A stretch of DNA of 64,000 nt, taken from assembly GCA_046582495.1 (NCBI GenBank), contig JAYGEG010000040.1, positions 4,388-68,387 on the forward strand, written 5' to 3'. The stretch comes from Rhodospirillales bacterium (GTDB lineage Bacteria > Pseudomonadota > Alphaproteobacteria > Rhodospirillales > UBA2165). Below the pieces are notes generated by a model. It saw only the letters and a program-made list of their open reading frames with translations. It ran no database searches and had not been told where the DNA came from. The position numbers and the translations under genes are program-made. Shown piece by piece: positions 41,458 to 51,105 of this stretch (its first letter is position 1; each line of letters begins with the position of its first letter).

Positions 41458-42024
41458 ATGGCAGACGAAGAAAACGAAAACCCGGTACCCGAAGAGCGCT
41501 TTACGGCAGCTCCGGAAGAAGGCCAGGAAAATGTGCCGGGCAATGGTGCCGATGGTGATGCCACCGAGCAGCCTGCGCTGGTTATAAACGGTCAATACAT
41601 TAAAGATTTTTCCTTTGAGGCACCGAACACGCCGGAAGTTTTCAATCTTCTGCAAACCGAAATGCCCAACATTCAGGTTGATATCGATGTCCAGGGTGAA
41701 GGCAAGGGTGACAATCTTTTTGAAGTTATTCTCAAAGTGCGGACGGAGGCCAAAGTTAAAGAAGACGTCGCCTATATTTGCGAATTGTCTTATGCGGGAC
41801 TTTTTTCCATCAATGTGCCGCCGGACCATCTCGGCCCGGTCTTATTGATCGAATGTCCATTGATCATATTCCCGTTCTTGCGCCGGATTATAGCCGATAC
41901 CACCGGCGACGGCGGCTTTGCACCGCTGATGCTCTCACCGATTGATTTTGCCTCGCTCTATCAACAGCGCGTTATGCAAGCACAAGCGGCTGCCGAAGCA
42001 GAAGAAGGCAGTGCCGAGGCTTAG
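41458..42024 (+). CDS. secB: Protein-export chaperone SecB
   Basis: INGQYIKDFSFEAPN, ELSYAGLF, IECP..IFPFLRRIIAD.T.DGGFAPLML.PIDF..LY. Confidence 0.96.
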   Translation: MADEENENPVPEERFTAAPEEGQENVPGNGADGDATEQPALVINGQYIKDFSFEAPNTPEVFNLLQTEMPNIQVDIDVQGEGKGDNLFEVILKVRTEAKVKEDVAYICELSYAGLFSINVPPDHLGPVLLIECPLIIFPFLRRIIADTTGDGGFAPLMLSPIDFASLYQQRVMQAQAAAEAEEGSAEA

Positions 42025-42050
42025 TTAATACGGATTTTTATAAAATTAAC

Positions 42051-42077
42051 GGCTCGCAAGATTGCGGGCCATTTTTT
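42051..42077 (+). terminator. Intrinsic terminator after secB (possibly bidirectional)
   Basis: GGCTCGCAA-GA-TTGCGGGCC followed by ATTTTTT. Confidence 0.75.
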
Positions 42078-42084
42078 ATGCCGC

Positions 42085-42846
42085 TCACGTGTAAATTCGA
42101 TTATCGTAAGTCCACCCCAAGTCAGGAGCTGGATAATCGTCATATACCAGTGAGGTAACATGCCGTTTAGCAAGTGTATTGTGCCCATCAGGCCTTACAA
42201 CACGAGCTGAAAGCGGAGAATTTCGGGACGAAGAATTGCTGGCAACGATAGACATTTGATTATCTGCAGCACGGACAATTAAGTTAGCAGACATTAAGTC
42301 TTCAATTTTACTAGCATGACTATTGCCCGCATTAAAAAAGGAGTGGAAAAGCAAACCCACACCTGCGTTCCGGTATTTGTCGTAAAGTTCATGAAAACAA
42401 TTGTCATAACAAATTAAAAAACCGCATTTATATCCGCTAATCTCCACCACCAGTTGGTCTTGGCCTGGACTGTAAAAATCTTTTTCATTTTTATATAATC
42501 GGCGTTTGTCATAGGTTCCGACTATTTCTCCGAAATTTGATATTACGTGAAGGCAGTTTAGAGGTAATGTTTGATTGCCTTTTCGCATTGATCCAAAAAC
42601 AACCCAAAGTCCTGTCGAACGCGCTAATTCGCAAATCGACTGCGTATGTTGAGCCAGATAATCCCATGGATAATCATCAAGTCGACCAATATGTTTGGGA
42701 CCATAACCAGGTAACACGGTTTCCGGAAATAAAACAACGTCAGTGTCATTTATTGCTGCCAACTCCATCTGTGCGTGGATATATTTTGCATTTCGGTCGA
42801 TATTTCCAGAAACGGGAAACTGAGACGCGGCAACTCGAAGTGGCAT
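42085..42846 (-). CDS. Carbon-nitrogen hydrolase (nitrilase superfamily)
   Basis: VAASQFPV, catalytic triad FPET / YDKRRL / ICYD; AT-rich. Start set to ATG 42846. Confidence 0.88.
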   Translation of the reverse strand: MPLRVAASQFPVSGNIDRNAKYIHAQMELAAINDTDVVLFPETVLPGYGPKHIGRLDDYPWDYLAQHTQSICELARSTGLWVVFGSMRKGNQTLPLNCLHVISNFGEIVGTYDKRRLYKNEKDFYSPGQDQLVVEISGYKCGFLICYDNCFHELYDKYRNAGVGLLFHSFFNAGNSHASKIEDLMSANLIVRAADNQMSIVASNSSSRNSPLSARVVRPDGHNTLAKRHVTSLVYDDYPAPDLGWTYDNRIYT

Positions 42847-42848
42847 GC

Positions 42849-43520
42849 TCACGCCGTCCAAAGTGGGTCTTTAATTTTTTCCAAAAACGCTGTGTGGGCC
42901 GATTGTTCGGCGGCGCTTGCTGCGTGCGGGCGGGGAGCGCGGCGTTGGGTTTCTTGAGCGGCTACAGTTTCGCTGGCTTTATCTTCAGCCAGTTCGAAAT
43001 CCGGCTGACGGCCACCAATGAGTTCTAAATAAACTTCGGCCAATAATTCCGCATCTAACAGCGCGCCATGCAAGGTGCGGCTTGTGTTATCGATTTCAAA
43101 GCGGCGGCAGAGGGCATCAAGACTGGCGGGCGCGCCCGGGAATTTTTCTCGCGCCATGCGAACCGTATCAATTGAGCGCGACATTGGCAGCGGTTCTTGG
43201 CCCAAATGGCCAAGCTCGGCATTGATAAACCGCATATCAAATTCAGCATTATGGATGACCAGCGGCGTTTCATCGCCGATGAATTCCAGAAACGCCTCCA
43301 TGACATCTGCCATCACCGGAAAATCCGATAAAAATTCTTCGCTGAGGCCATGCACGTTAAAAGCTTCTTCCGGCATCGAGCGTTCTGGATTGATATATTG
43401 ATGGTAGTTGTTACCGGTTGCGACATCGTTGACCAATTCGATGCAGCCTATTTCGACAATCCGGTCGCCATCATTTTGGCGAAAGCCGGTGGTTTCTGTA
43501 TCGAGAACGATTTCGCGCAT
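42849..43520 (-). CDS. dnaQ: DNA polymerase III epsilon subunit
   Basis: IVLDTETTG, IHNAEFD, SLDALCRR, LHGALLDAELLAEVYLEL.GGRQ. Confidence 0.98.
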   Translation of the reverse strand: MREIVLDTETTGFRQNDGDRIVEIGCIELVNDVATGNNYHQYINPERSMPEEAFNVHGLSEEFLSDFPVMADVMEAFLEFIGDETPLVIHNAEFDMRFINAELGHLGQEPLPMSRSIDTVRMAREKFPGAPASLDALCRRFEIDNTSRTLHGALLDAELLAEVYLELIGGRQPDFELAEDKASETVAAQETQRRAPRPHAASAAEQSAHTAFLEKIKDPLWTA

Positions 43521-43526
43521 AAAATA

Positions 43527-44159
43527 TTAGTGTCCGTTGTAACTATTAGGTGGCGGCCAGTTGTGGCCGGCCTGATTTTGAGTAATTTCTATGATATTTC
43601 GAATACATAATAAGCTGATGTTTCGACCCATGCTAGTTTGAATAAGAAAATCGGCGCGTTTTCTTTTGATCGCATCCGGCATTTGACTTTTCAGCACTTG
43701 GGCAAACTGTTTTTCCGTCATGCCGGGCCGGGAAAGAACGCGAAGGCGCTGCAAATAGGCCGGCGCCGTCACCACGGCAACAGTGTCACAAAGTTTGTCG
43801 GTTCCGACCTCAAACAACAGCGGCACATCCAGTACCACAAGTTTTTCGCGGCGTTTTGCTGCTTGCCTTAAAAATTCATATTGGATGGCCCGGACCAGGG
43901 GATGGAGGATCGCTTCGAGCTGGCCAAGCGCGCCCTTGTCCTCAAAAACTTTGGGGCCCAGCAGTTTACGGTCAATTTGATCGTTTTTAACAACGCCGGG
44001 GAATGCATCACCAACCTGGCCAACCGCTTTGCCGCCTGGGCCGAGCAATGAATGAACAGCGGCATCGGCGTCATAAACCGCCACACCATAGTGGCGAAAC
44101 GCGTTGGCGGCTGTGGTCTTGCCCATGCCGATCGATCCGGTCAGACCCAAAATATACAT
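43527..44159 (-). CDS. coaE: Dephospho-CoA kinase
   Basis: LGLTGSIGMGKTT, YDADAAVH, LEAILHPLV, DVPLLFE. Confidence 0.97.
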   Translation of the reverse strand: MYILGLTGSIGMGKTTAANAFRHYGVAVYDADAAVHSLLGPGGKAVGQVGDAFPGVVKNDQIDRKLLGPKVFEDKGALGQLEAILHPLVRAIQYEFLRQAAKRREKLVVLDVPLLFEVGTDKLCDTVAVVTAPAYLQRLRVLSRPGMTEKQFAQVLKSQMPDAIKRKRADFLIQTSMGRNISLLCIRNIIEITQNQAGHNWPPPNSYNGH

Positions 44160-45001
44160 TAGCTCTCCATGACTTTTAGGACATGGTCACGCAAATCCTT
44201 GGTCACTTCAGGTTCCACTCCAAACCACGCCTGGAAGCCGGGCCGCGCCTGATGCAACAGCATACCCAATCCGTCAACAACGGGATTGCCGCGTTTCTTG
44301 GCATTTTTCAGCAAACCCGTTTCGAGCGGCGTATAGACGATATCTGTGACCGTCGCGCTTTCCGGTAAGCGACTGAGATCGATTTCAAGCGGCGGCTGGC
44401 CTTTCATACCAAGGCTGGTGGTGTTGACCAATGTTGCAGCCTCAGAAACCACCTCAGATCGAGCCGCCCAATCATCAACCTTAATGCCGCCGCCGAGCTC
44501 GCCGGCTAATTCTTCAGCGCGTTCCTTGGTGCGATTGAGAAGTCTGATTTCCGGTGCGCCGGCTTCTAAAAGTGCCACGAGGATTGCACGCGCTGCGCCG
44601 CCAGCGCCCAGAACAATCGCAGGACCGCGTTTTGCCGCCCATTTTGGATTTTGATCATGCATGTTTTCCAGAAAGCCAAAGCCGTCGGTATTGCTGCCCA
44701 AAAGCGAGCCGTCCTTTTGCACGACAACCGTATTTACCGCACCAACGCGCTTTGCCTGTTCATCAATTTGATCAACAACGCTGAGGGTTGTTTCTTTATG
44801 CGGCAAGGTGACATTGGTGCCGCGGCGGCCCTGATCGGCGAGACTTTTCAGAAAACTTTTAAGATTTTCAGTCTCAACGGCAAAGGGCAAATATTCGCCG
44901 TCAATTTTATAGTGTTCCAGCCAAAACCCATGAAGATGCGGCGATAAAGAATGATCGATCGGCCAACCGATGACGCCGGCTTTTAAAGTCGCTTCGGTCA
45001 T
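44159..45001 (-). CDS. aroE: Shikimate dehydrogenase
   Basis: HSLSP.LH, NVTLPHKE, GAVNT, NTDGFGF, GAGGAARA, GLGMLLHQA. Confidence 0.97.
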   Translation of the reverse strand: MTEATLKAGVIGWPIDHSLSPHLHGFWLEHYKIDGEYLPFAVETENLKSFLKSLADQGRRGTNVTLPHKETTLSVVDQIDEQAKRVGAVNTVVVQKDGSLLGSNTDGFGFLENMHDQNPKWAAKRGPAIVLGAGGAARAILVALLEAGAPEIRLLNRTKERAEELAGELGGGIKVDDWAARSEVVSEAATLVNTTSLGMKGQPPLEIDLSRLPESATVTDIVYTPLETGLLKNAKKRGNPVVDGLGMLLHQARPGFQAWFGVEPEVTKDLRDHVLKVMES

Positions 45002-45600
45002 TCGGGAAGCACCTTTCGATCTCTTAAAAACTGAAGCAGGGGTAGCAGCGGTAATCCCAAAACCGTAAAATAATCACCTTCAACGCGGGTAAAAAGCTGC
45101 GCGCCGATATCTTCAAGCCGGTACGCGCCGACCGAGGCCAGCACGCCATCGCCGGCGGCATCCAAATAACTTTCAATAAAATCAGCGCTCAGCTCTCGCA
45201 TGGTCAGTCGCACACCATCGGTTGATTGCCACTGAACCTCGCCGCCCTGTACAACGCAGGCAGAGGTTATCAAGCGGTGCAGTTTGCCGCTTAAATTTTG
45301 CAGATGCGTGACCGCCCCGGCGCGGCCATTTGGTTTGTCAAAAAGAGCGCCGTCACATTCGAGAATTTGATCGGCGCCGATCACCAGCGCGCCAGGATTA
45401 TTGGCTGATACCGCTTGGGCTTTGGCAATTGCCAGTGCGGCGGCTATTTCTTCAACCGGTTTATCGCCGGCTCGGGATTTAATCCTCTCTTCATCAACGT
45501 TAGAAACTTCAACATCAAAATCGACTCCGGCATGACTCAGCATTTGGCCGCGCACTTTGCTGGCCGAAGCAAGGATCAGAGTATGTTGCGCGGCGCTCAG
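44998..45600 (-). CDS. maf: Maf family nucleoside triphosphate pyrophosphatase; probable CTG start
   Basis: The frame upstream of the ORF-track GTG 45555 reads CTG-S-A-A-Q-H-T-LILASAS. Downstream motifs: AKAQAVS, IGADQIL, KP, GAYRLE..G, GLPLLPLL. Confidence 0.9.
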   Translation of the reverse strand: MSAAQHTLILASASKVRGQMLSHAGVDFDVEVSNVDEERIKSRAGDKPVEEIAAALAIAKAQAVSANNPGALVIGADQILECDGALFDKPNGRAGAVTHLQNLSGKLHRLITSACVVQGGEVQWQSTDGVRLTMRELSADFIESYLDAAGDGVLASVGAYRLEDIGAQLFTRVEGDYFTVLGLPLLPLLQFLRDRKVLPE

Positions 45601-46415
45601 GATTTCTGCTCCAAATTTTGCGTTCTCAGCTGAATTATCGTGGCAGCGGTTTCCTCGATCGAGCGCCTCGATATATCAATAACGTCCCACTTCTGGTTGG
45701 CGAAAAGCCGCTTGGCGTATTTCACTTCTTCGGCCACCTGTTCCGGATCTGCATACGTTGTCTCATCACTTTCGGCGAGCATGCGTAAGCGATTGCGGCG
45801 GACCTGTACGAGATTTCGCGTATCGTTGATCAGGCCAACAATCAGCGGTTTCTCCAATTCAAATACCTCTGCTGGCACCTCATGTCCTAGAACAATTGGG
45901 ATGTTGGCAGCTTTAATGCCGCGATTGGCGAGGTAAATACAGGTTGGCGTTTTAGACGTTCTGGAAACCCCCAAAATCACTACATCGGCTTCTTCCAAAT
46001 TCCAAATTGCCTGGCCATCATCATGGGTCATCGCATAATCCATTGCCGCGATGCGCATATAATATTCATCATCCAGCGTGTGCTGCCGGCCAGGTCTGGC
46101 GTGTACTTCCTCGTTTAAGTAATTGCCAAAAGCTGACATGATCGGCTGCAAAACGGAAACACAGGGGATTTTCAAACGGCGGCAGGCGGTTTGCAATTGC
46201 GCAATGATTTCGGTGTTCACCAATGTATAGAGAACGAATCCCGGGCGCTCTTCAATATCGGCAATGACATCTTCGATTTGCCTTTGGGAGCGCACAAGAT
46301 TCCAAATATGCTCAACCGGTTGAGTGTGTTCAAACTGAACAAGACAAGCGCGCGCCACTGATTCTACCGTTTCGCCGGTAGCGTCAGAAATGAGATAGAG
46401 ATGAAATTTAGACAT
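45597..46415 (-). CDS. ppsR: Pyruvate, phosphate/water dikinase regulatory protein (DUF299 kinase/pyrophosphorylase)
   Basis: LISDATGET, HDDGQ, GVSRTSKTPTCIYLA.RG, IDISRRSIEETA. Confidence 0.94.
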   Translation of the reverse strand: MSKFHLYLISDATGETVESVARACLVQFEHTQPVEHIWNLVRSQRQIEDVIADIEERPGFVLYTLVNTEIIAQLQTACRRLKIPCVSVLQPIMSAFGNYLNEEVHARPGRQHTLDDEYYMRIAAMDYAMTHDDGQAIWNLEEADVVILGVSRTSKTPTCIYLANRGIKAANIPIVLGHEVPAEVFELEKPLIVGLINDTRNLVQVRRNRLRMLAESDETTYADPEQVAEEVKYAKRLFANQKWDVIDISRRSIEETAATIIQLRTQNLEQKS

Positions 46416-46910
46416 ATTTAACTAAAACCTGTGCGCAAAATAGATGAGCGAGTTCTGGACAAAATGCGGATAAGTCATGAATAACCAAAATCTTTAAAAA
46501 CTTATCCGAAGTAAACAGCCTTTTATAATTCAGTTTTACAAAATGAATAAACCTAACCTAATCAGGTTAATTAATATAACAATCTAAAATGAAACCGATT
46601 TATCCCCAAAATTCACACCCTCTTATCATCGATTTAAAAAATTTTCTCTTGTTCTCAAAATCAGCAAGACTCTGGAAAGAATAAAGATCGAACCTAATTT
46701 CGATGACATACTATCCAAAACTTATTCATCTCTCATACAGATTTAATATGAAATTTTTCTGTCGGGGCTTTTTTTCTGGATAAACTGAGGATAAAAATTA
46801 ATCCTCAAGATTCACACTACAACAACAACAACAACCTATTTAATATATATATATAGTATAGTAGTAAGTCCGGTGGAAAACTTCAGATCATCCAAAAAGA
46901 GCCTATATTT
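46416..46910. other. Candidate chromosomal replication origin (oriC)
   Basis: 495-bp AT-rich spacer between DUF299 and hemE, the established alphaproteobacterial ori position. DnaA-box-like 9-mers: TTATCCGCA (rc 46465), TTATCCGAA (46502), TTATCCCCA (46600), TTATCCAGA (rc 46775), TTATCCTCA (rc 46786), TTTTCCACC (rc 46872). TA-repeat core at about 46838-46860. Flanking operons point away from it. Confidence 0.85.
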
Positions 46911-47972
46911 ATGACATCCAAAAATGCTGATCAAAAAAAACTCTTGCAGGCTCTCGCAGGCGAGAAGACAGAGATACCTGCATTATGGTTGATGCGGCAA
47001 GCCGGTAGACACCTCAAGGAATATATGGAAATCAGGGCCAAAGCGAAAAATTTTCTCGATTTTTGCTATACCCCCGATCTCTCCGTAGAAGCCACCCTTC
47101 AGCCGGTCAGGCGCTATGGCTTCGATGCCGCAATTTTATTTTCTGACATCCTCGTCATTCCAGACGCCCTTGGTCAGCACGTGGAGTTCGTTCCAGGAAC
47201 CGGGCCCAAGCTGGAAGCAATCTCCACTGTTGAAGAATTAGGTAAATTAAAGCCAGATCGCCTTCATGATCATTTAGCACCTGTCTATGAAGCAATAGGC
47301 CGAATTCGGGAAGAGCTTACTCACCTTCCTGGTAAAACCACCCTTATCGGCTTCGCGGGTGCGCCTTGGACGGTTGCGACCTATGTCGTTGAGGGGGGAG
47401 GCAGTAAAGATTATCAAAAGACGCGGAAATGGGCTTATGGGGCGCCCGAAGAATTTGGCGCCTTGATCGATATTTTGGTTGATGCGACCTCTGAGTATCT
47501 CATTCGGCAAATCGACAGCGGAGTGGAAGCTGTCCAAATATTTGATAGTTGGGCCGGTGTTCTTTCGCCCGGTCAATTTGATCGCTGGGTGATTGAGCCT
47601 ACAAAAAAAATTATTGGCCGGATCAGAGAGGCACATCCAAATACGCCGATCATTGGATTTCCGCGCGGCGCCGGATTGCTTTATCAGCGATTTGTTCAAG
47701 AAACCGATGTTGATGGAGTTTCTATTGATGCGACCGTGCCGCTGGCTTGGGCCGCAGAAAATCTTCAAAACCATTGTGCCGTGCAAGGCAATCTCGACAA
47801 TTTGGCATTGCTGACCGGCGGTCCTGCCATGGAAGCAGAAATTGCCCATATTCTGGCAGCCTTTTCGGATGGCCCCTTTATTTTCAATTTAGGCCACGGT
47901 ATTTTGCCGGAAACACCTGTGCCGCATGTCGAGCGATTGGCCGAACTGGTACGAGGGGCCTCAATTGGCTAA
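46911..47972 (+). CDS. hemE: Uroporphyrinogen decarboxylase
   Basis: WLMRQAGR, DAAILFSDILV, LIGFAGAPWT, QIFDSW, FIFNLGHGI. Confidence 0.98.
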   Translation: MTSKNADQKKLLQALAGEKTEIPALWLMRQAGRHLKEYMEIRAKAKNFLDFCYTPDLSVEATLQPVRRYGFDAAILFSDILVIPDALGQHVEFVPGTGPKLEAISTVEELGKLKPDRLHDHLAPVYEAIGRIREELTHLPGKTTLIGFAGAPWTVATYVVEGGGSKDYQKTRKWAYGAPEEFGALIDILVDATSEYLIRQIDSGVEAVQIFDSWAGVLSPGQFDRWVIEPTKKIIGRIREAHPNTPIIGFPRGAGLLYQRFVQETDVDGVSIDATVPLAWAAENLQNHCAVQGNLDNLALLTGGPAMEAEIAHILAAFSDGPFIFNLGHGILPETPVPHVERLAELVRGASIG

Positions 47973-48987
47973 ATGCGCGGTTGTTCTTTTTAATCTCGGC
48001 GGTCCGGATAGTCTCGAAGCTGTTCAGCCGTTTTTATTCAATCTTTTTAATGATCCTGCGATCATCGCACTTCCCAATCCATTTCGTTGGTTGACCGCAA
48101 AATTGATCGCCAGACGCCGCGCCCCGATCGCCCAGGAAATCTATCGTCAGATTGGCGGTCAATCTCCCTTGCTTGAACTGACACGTGAGCAGGCAGAAGC
48201 GCTTAAAACTCAATTGGATGAAGACACAGAAGTTTTTATCTCGATGCGCTATTGGCATCCGATGAGTTTGTCGACCGCTAAAGCGGTTCAAAATTATGAT
48301 CCCGATGAAATTATTCTATTGCCGCTATATGCTCAGTTTTCGACCACGACAACGCAGTCTTCTTTTCAAGATTGGTATAAAACAGCGCGAAAAATTGGTC
48401 TCGATAAGCCAACCACGTCGATTTGTTGTTATCCGACCGAGCCAAATTTTATCAAAGCCCAGGTAGATTTATTAACCCAGGAATTGACCGCGTCAGAGGT
48501 TCCAACACGTGTGCTGTTTTCGGCTCATGGCCTCCCCAAAAAGGTAATTGAAAAAGGCGATCCCTATCAGCAACAAATCGAACAAACAGCCGCCGCAATT
48601 GCCGCTGCCGCTGATCTCGGCGATGACAGTTGGCGCGTCTGTTACCAAAGCCGCGTCGGTCCTCTTGAATGGTTAGCACCTTCTTTGGATGACGAGCTAA
48701 AACGCGCCGCCGAGGATAAAATTGGCGTCACGGTTTTGCCGATTGCTTTTGTTTCCGAGCATTCTGAAACATTGGTCGAGTTGGATATCGAATACCGCGA
48801 GATTGCCGGAGAGTTAAATCTGCCAACCTACAATCGCGTCCCCGCTGTCGGGACTCATCCTGATTTCATGACATGCTTGACGGATTTGATAAATCAAGCC
48901 TCGGCGGGTCAAGATCAGATCATCTCGGACAAACGGCTGCGCATCTGTTCGCCGGATCGCACATGTTGCGCGCAAAATGTAAGATAG
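47965..48987 (+). CDS. hemH: Ferrochelatase
   Basis: VLFNLGGP, GGQSPL, MRYWHP, PLYAQFS.TTT, FSAHGLP, YQSRVGPLEWL, FVSEHSETLVELD. Start set to TTG 47965. Confidence 0.97.
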   Translation: MAKCAVVLFNLGGPDSLEAVQPFLFNLFNDPAIIALPNPFRWLTAKLIARRRAPIAQEIYRQIGGQSPLLELTREQAEALKTQLDEDTEVFISMRYWHPMSLSTAKAVQNYDPDEIILLPLYAQFSTTTTQSSFQDWYKTARKIGLDKPTTSICCYPTEPNFIKAQVDLLTQELTASEVPTRVLFSAHGLPKKVIEKGDPYQQQIEQTAAAIAAAADLGDDSWRVCYQSRVGPLEWLAPSLDDELKRAAEDKIGVTVLPIAFVSEHSETLVELDIEYREIAGELNLPTYNRVPAVGTHPDFMTCLTDLINQASAGQDQIISDKRLRICSPDRTCCAQNVR

Positions 48988-49009
48988 AGTGGACAAGGAG
49001 CTATGAGAC

Positions 49010-49459
49010 ATGTTTGAACTTTCAAGCGAAGCCTATTTGTGGATAAAGGCGCTGCATATCATCAGTGTTATCGCCTGGATGGCTGGCATGCTCTATTTAC
49101 CGCGGCTTTTTGTCTATCATTGCGAGACCGAAACGGGCTCGGAGATGTCGGAAAAACTTAAAATTATGGAAGGCAGATTGATGCGCGTGATTATTAACCC
49201 GGCGATGGTCGCCGCCGTTTTGTTCGGCACGCCCATGCTGGTTAATTTGGGCGCTGATGTATGGTCGGAAAGCTGGCTCCACGCCAAATTGCTGTTTTTA
49301 TTCTTCATGTTTGGAATCCACGGCATGTTAAGCAAATCGCGGAAAGATTTTGCGATGGATGCCAACACAAAATCGCAAAAGTTTTTTCGAGTGATAAACG
49401 AAGTACCGGCGGTTTTGATGATCGGTATTGTTATTGTTGTTGTGGTAAAGCCTTTTTGA
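49010..49459 (+). CDS. hemJ: Protoporphyrinogen oxidase HemJ
   Basis: WIKALHIISVIAWMAGMLYLPRLFVYH, FFRVINEVP, VVVKPF. Confidence 0.95.
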   Translation: MFELSSEAYLWIKALHIISVIAWMAGMLYLPRLFVYHCETETGSEMSEKLKIMEGRLMRVIINPAMVAAVLFGTPMLVNLGADVWSESWLHAKLLFLFFMFGIHGMLSKSRKDFAMDANTKSQKFFRVINEVPAVLMIGIVIVVVVKPF

Positions 49460-49491
49460 AGACTTCGCACAGCTGTGACATCATTCAGCAA

Positions 49492-49520
49492 TTGACTTAA
49501 TCTGGACTATTCTGCTATGT
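49492..49520 (+). promoter_or_regulatory. RpoD-type promoter for rho
   Basis: TTGACT-N17-CTATGT, about 210 bp upstream of the rho start. Confidence 0.6.
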
Positions 49521-49731
49521 GTTGGCTCAGTCAAAGCGATTTCTCGCCCAAACCTCCTATTTAAGTCCATCGGGTAAGAGATCGATTTTCAAAAAATCTT
49601 TCTAGATAGTCAGGCTTCTCGCCAGAATTATATCTCGTTTTATGTCTTGTTTTCTTCAACTTAAGAAAAACATTCCCTCCAAACAAAATAATGCCTATTT
49701 CAGGTGTTAATTATCAAAGCGTAAAAAAACA

Positions 49732-50988
<1,257 letters not shown>

Positions 50989-50990
50989 TA

Positions 50991-51090
50991 ATTCCCCTCA
51001 TACGCCGGGCGCATACATCCGTATGCTTGGCTTACGTCGCGTAAGCGACGACCTGCAGTCGCAGGTGTTCTCCCCCTTGATGGAGGAGGA
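50991..51090. repeat. Multi-hairpin (REP/MITE-like) element between convergent rho and the nitronate monooxygenase gene
   Basis: GCATAC-ATCC-GTATGC; GCTTACG-TCG-CGTAAGC overlapping CGTCGC-GTAA-GCGACG; ACCTGC-AGTC-GCAGGT; CTCCCCC-TTGAT-GGAGGAG. Confidence 0.6.
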
Positions 51091-51105
51091 TTTAAAGACT
51101 CAGTA

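Noticed and set aside
46416-46910. CtrA boxes or an IHF site in oriC
   Set aside because: I checked every TTAA by hand and none has a second TTAA 7 bp away. No good WATCAR-N4-TTR match was seen.
50991-51090. Possible tRNA (cloverleaf-like series of hairpins)
   Set aside because: No acceptor stem, no T-loop GTTCRA, no D-loop GG and no CCA end.
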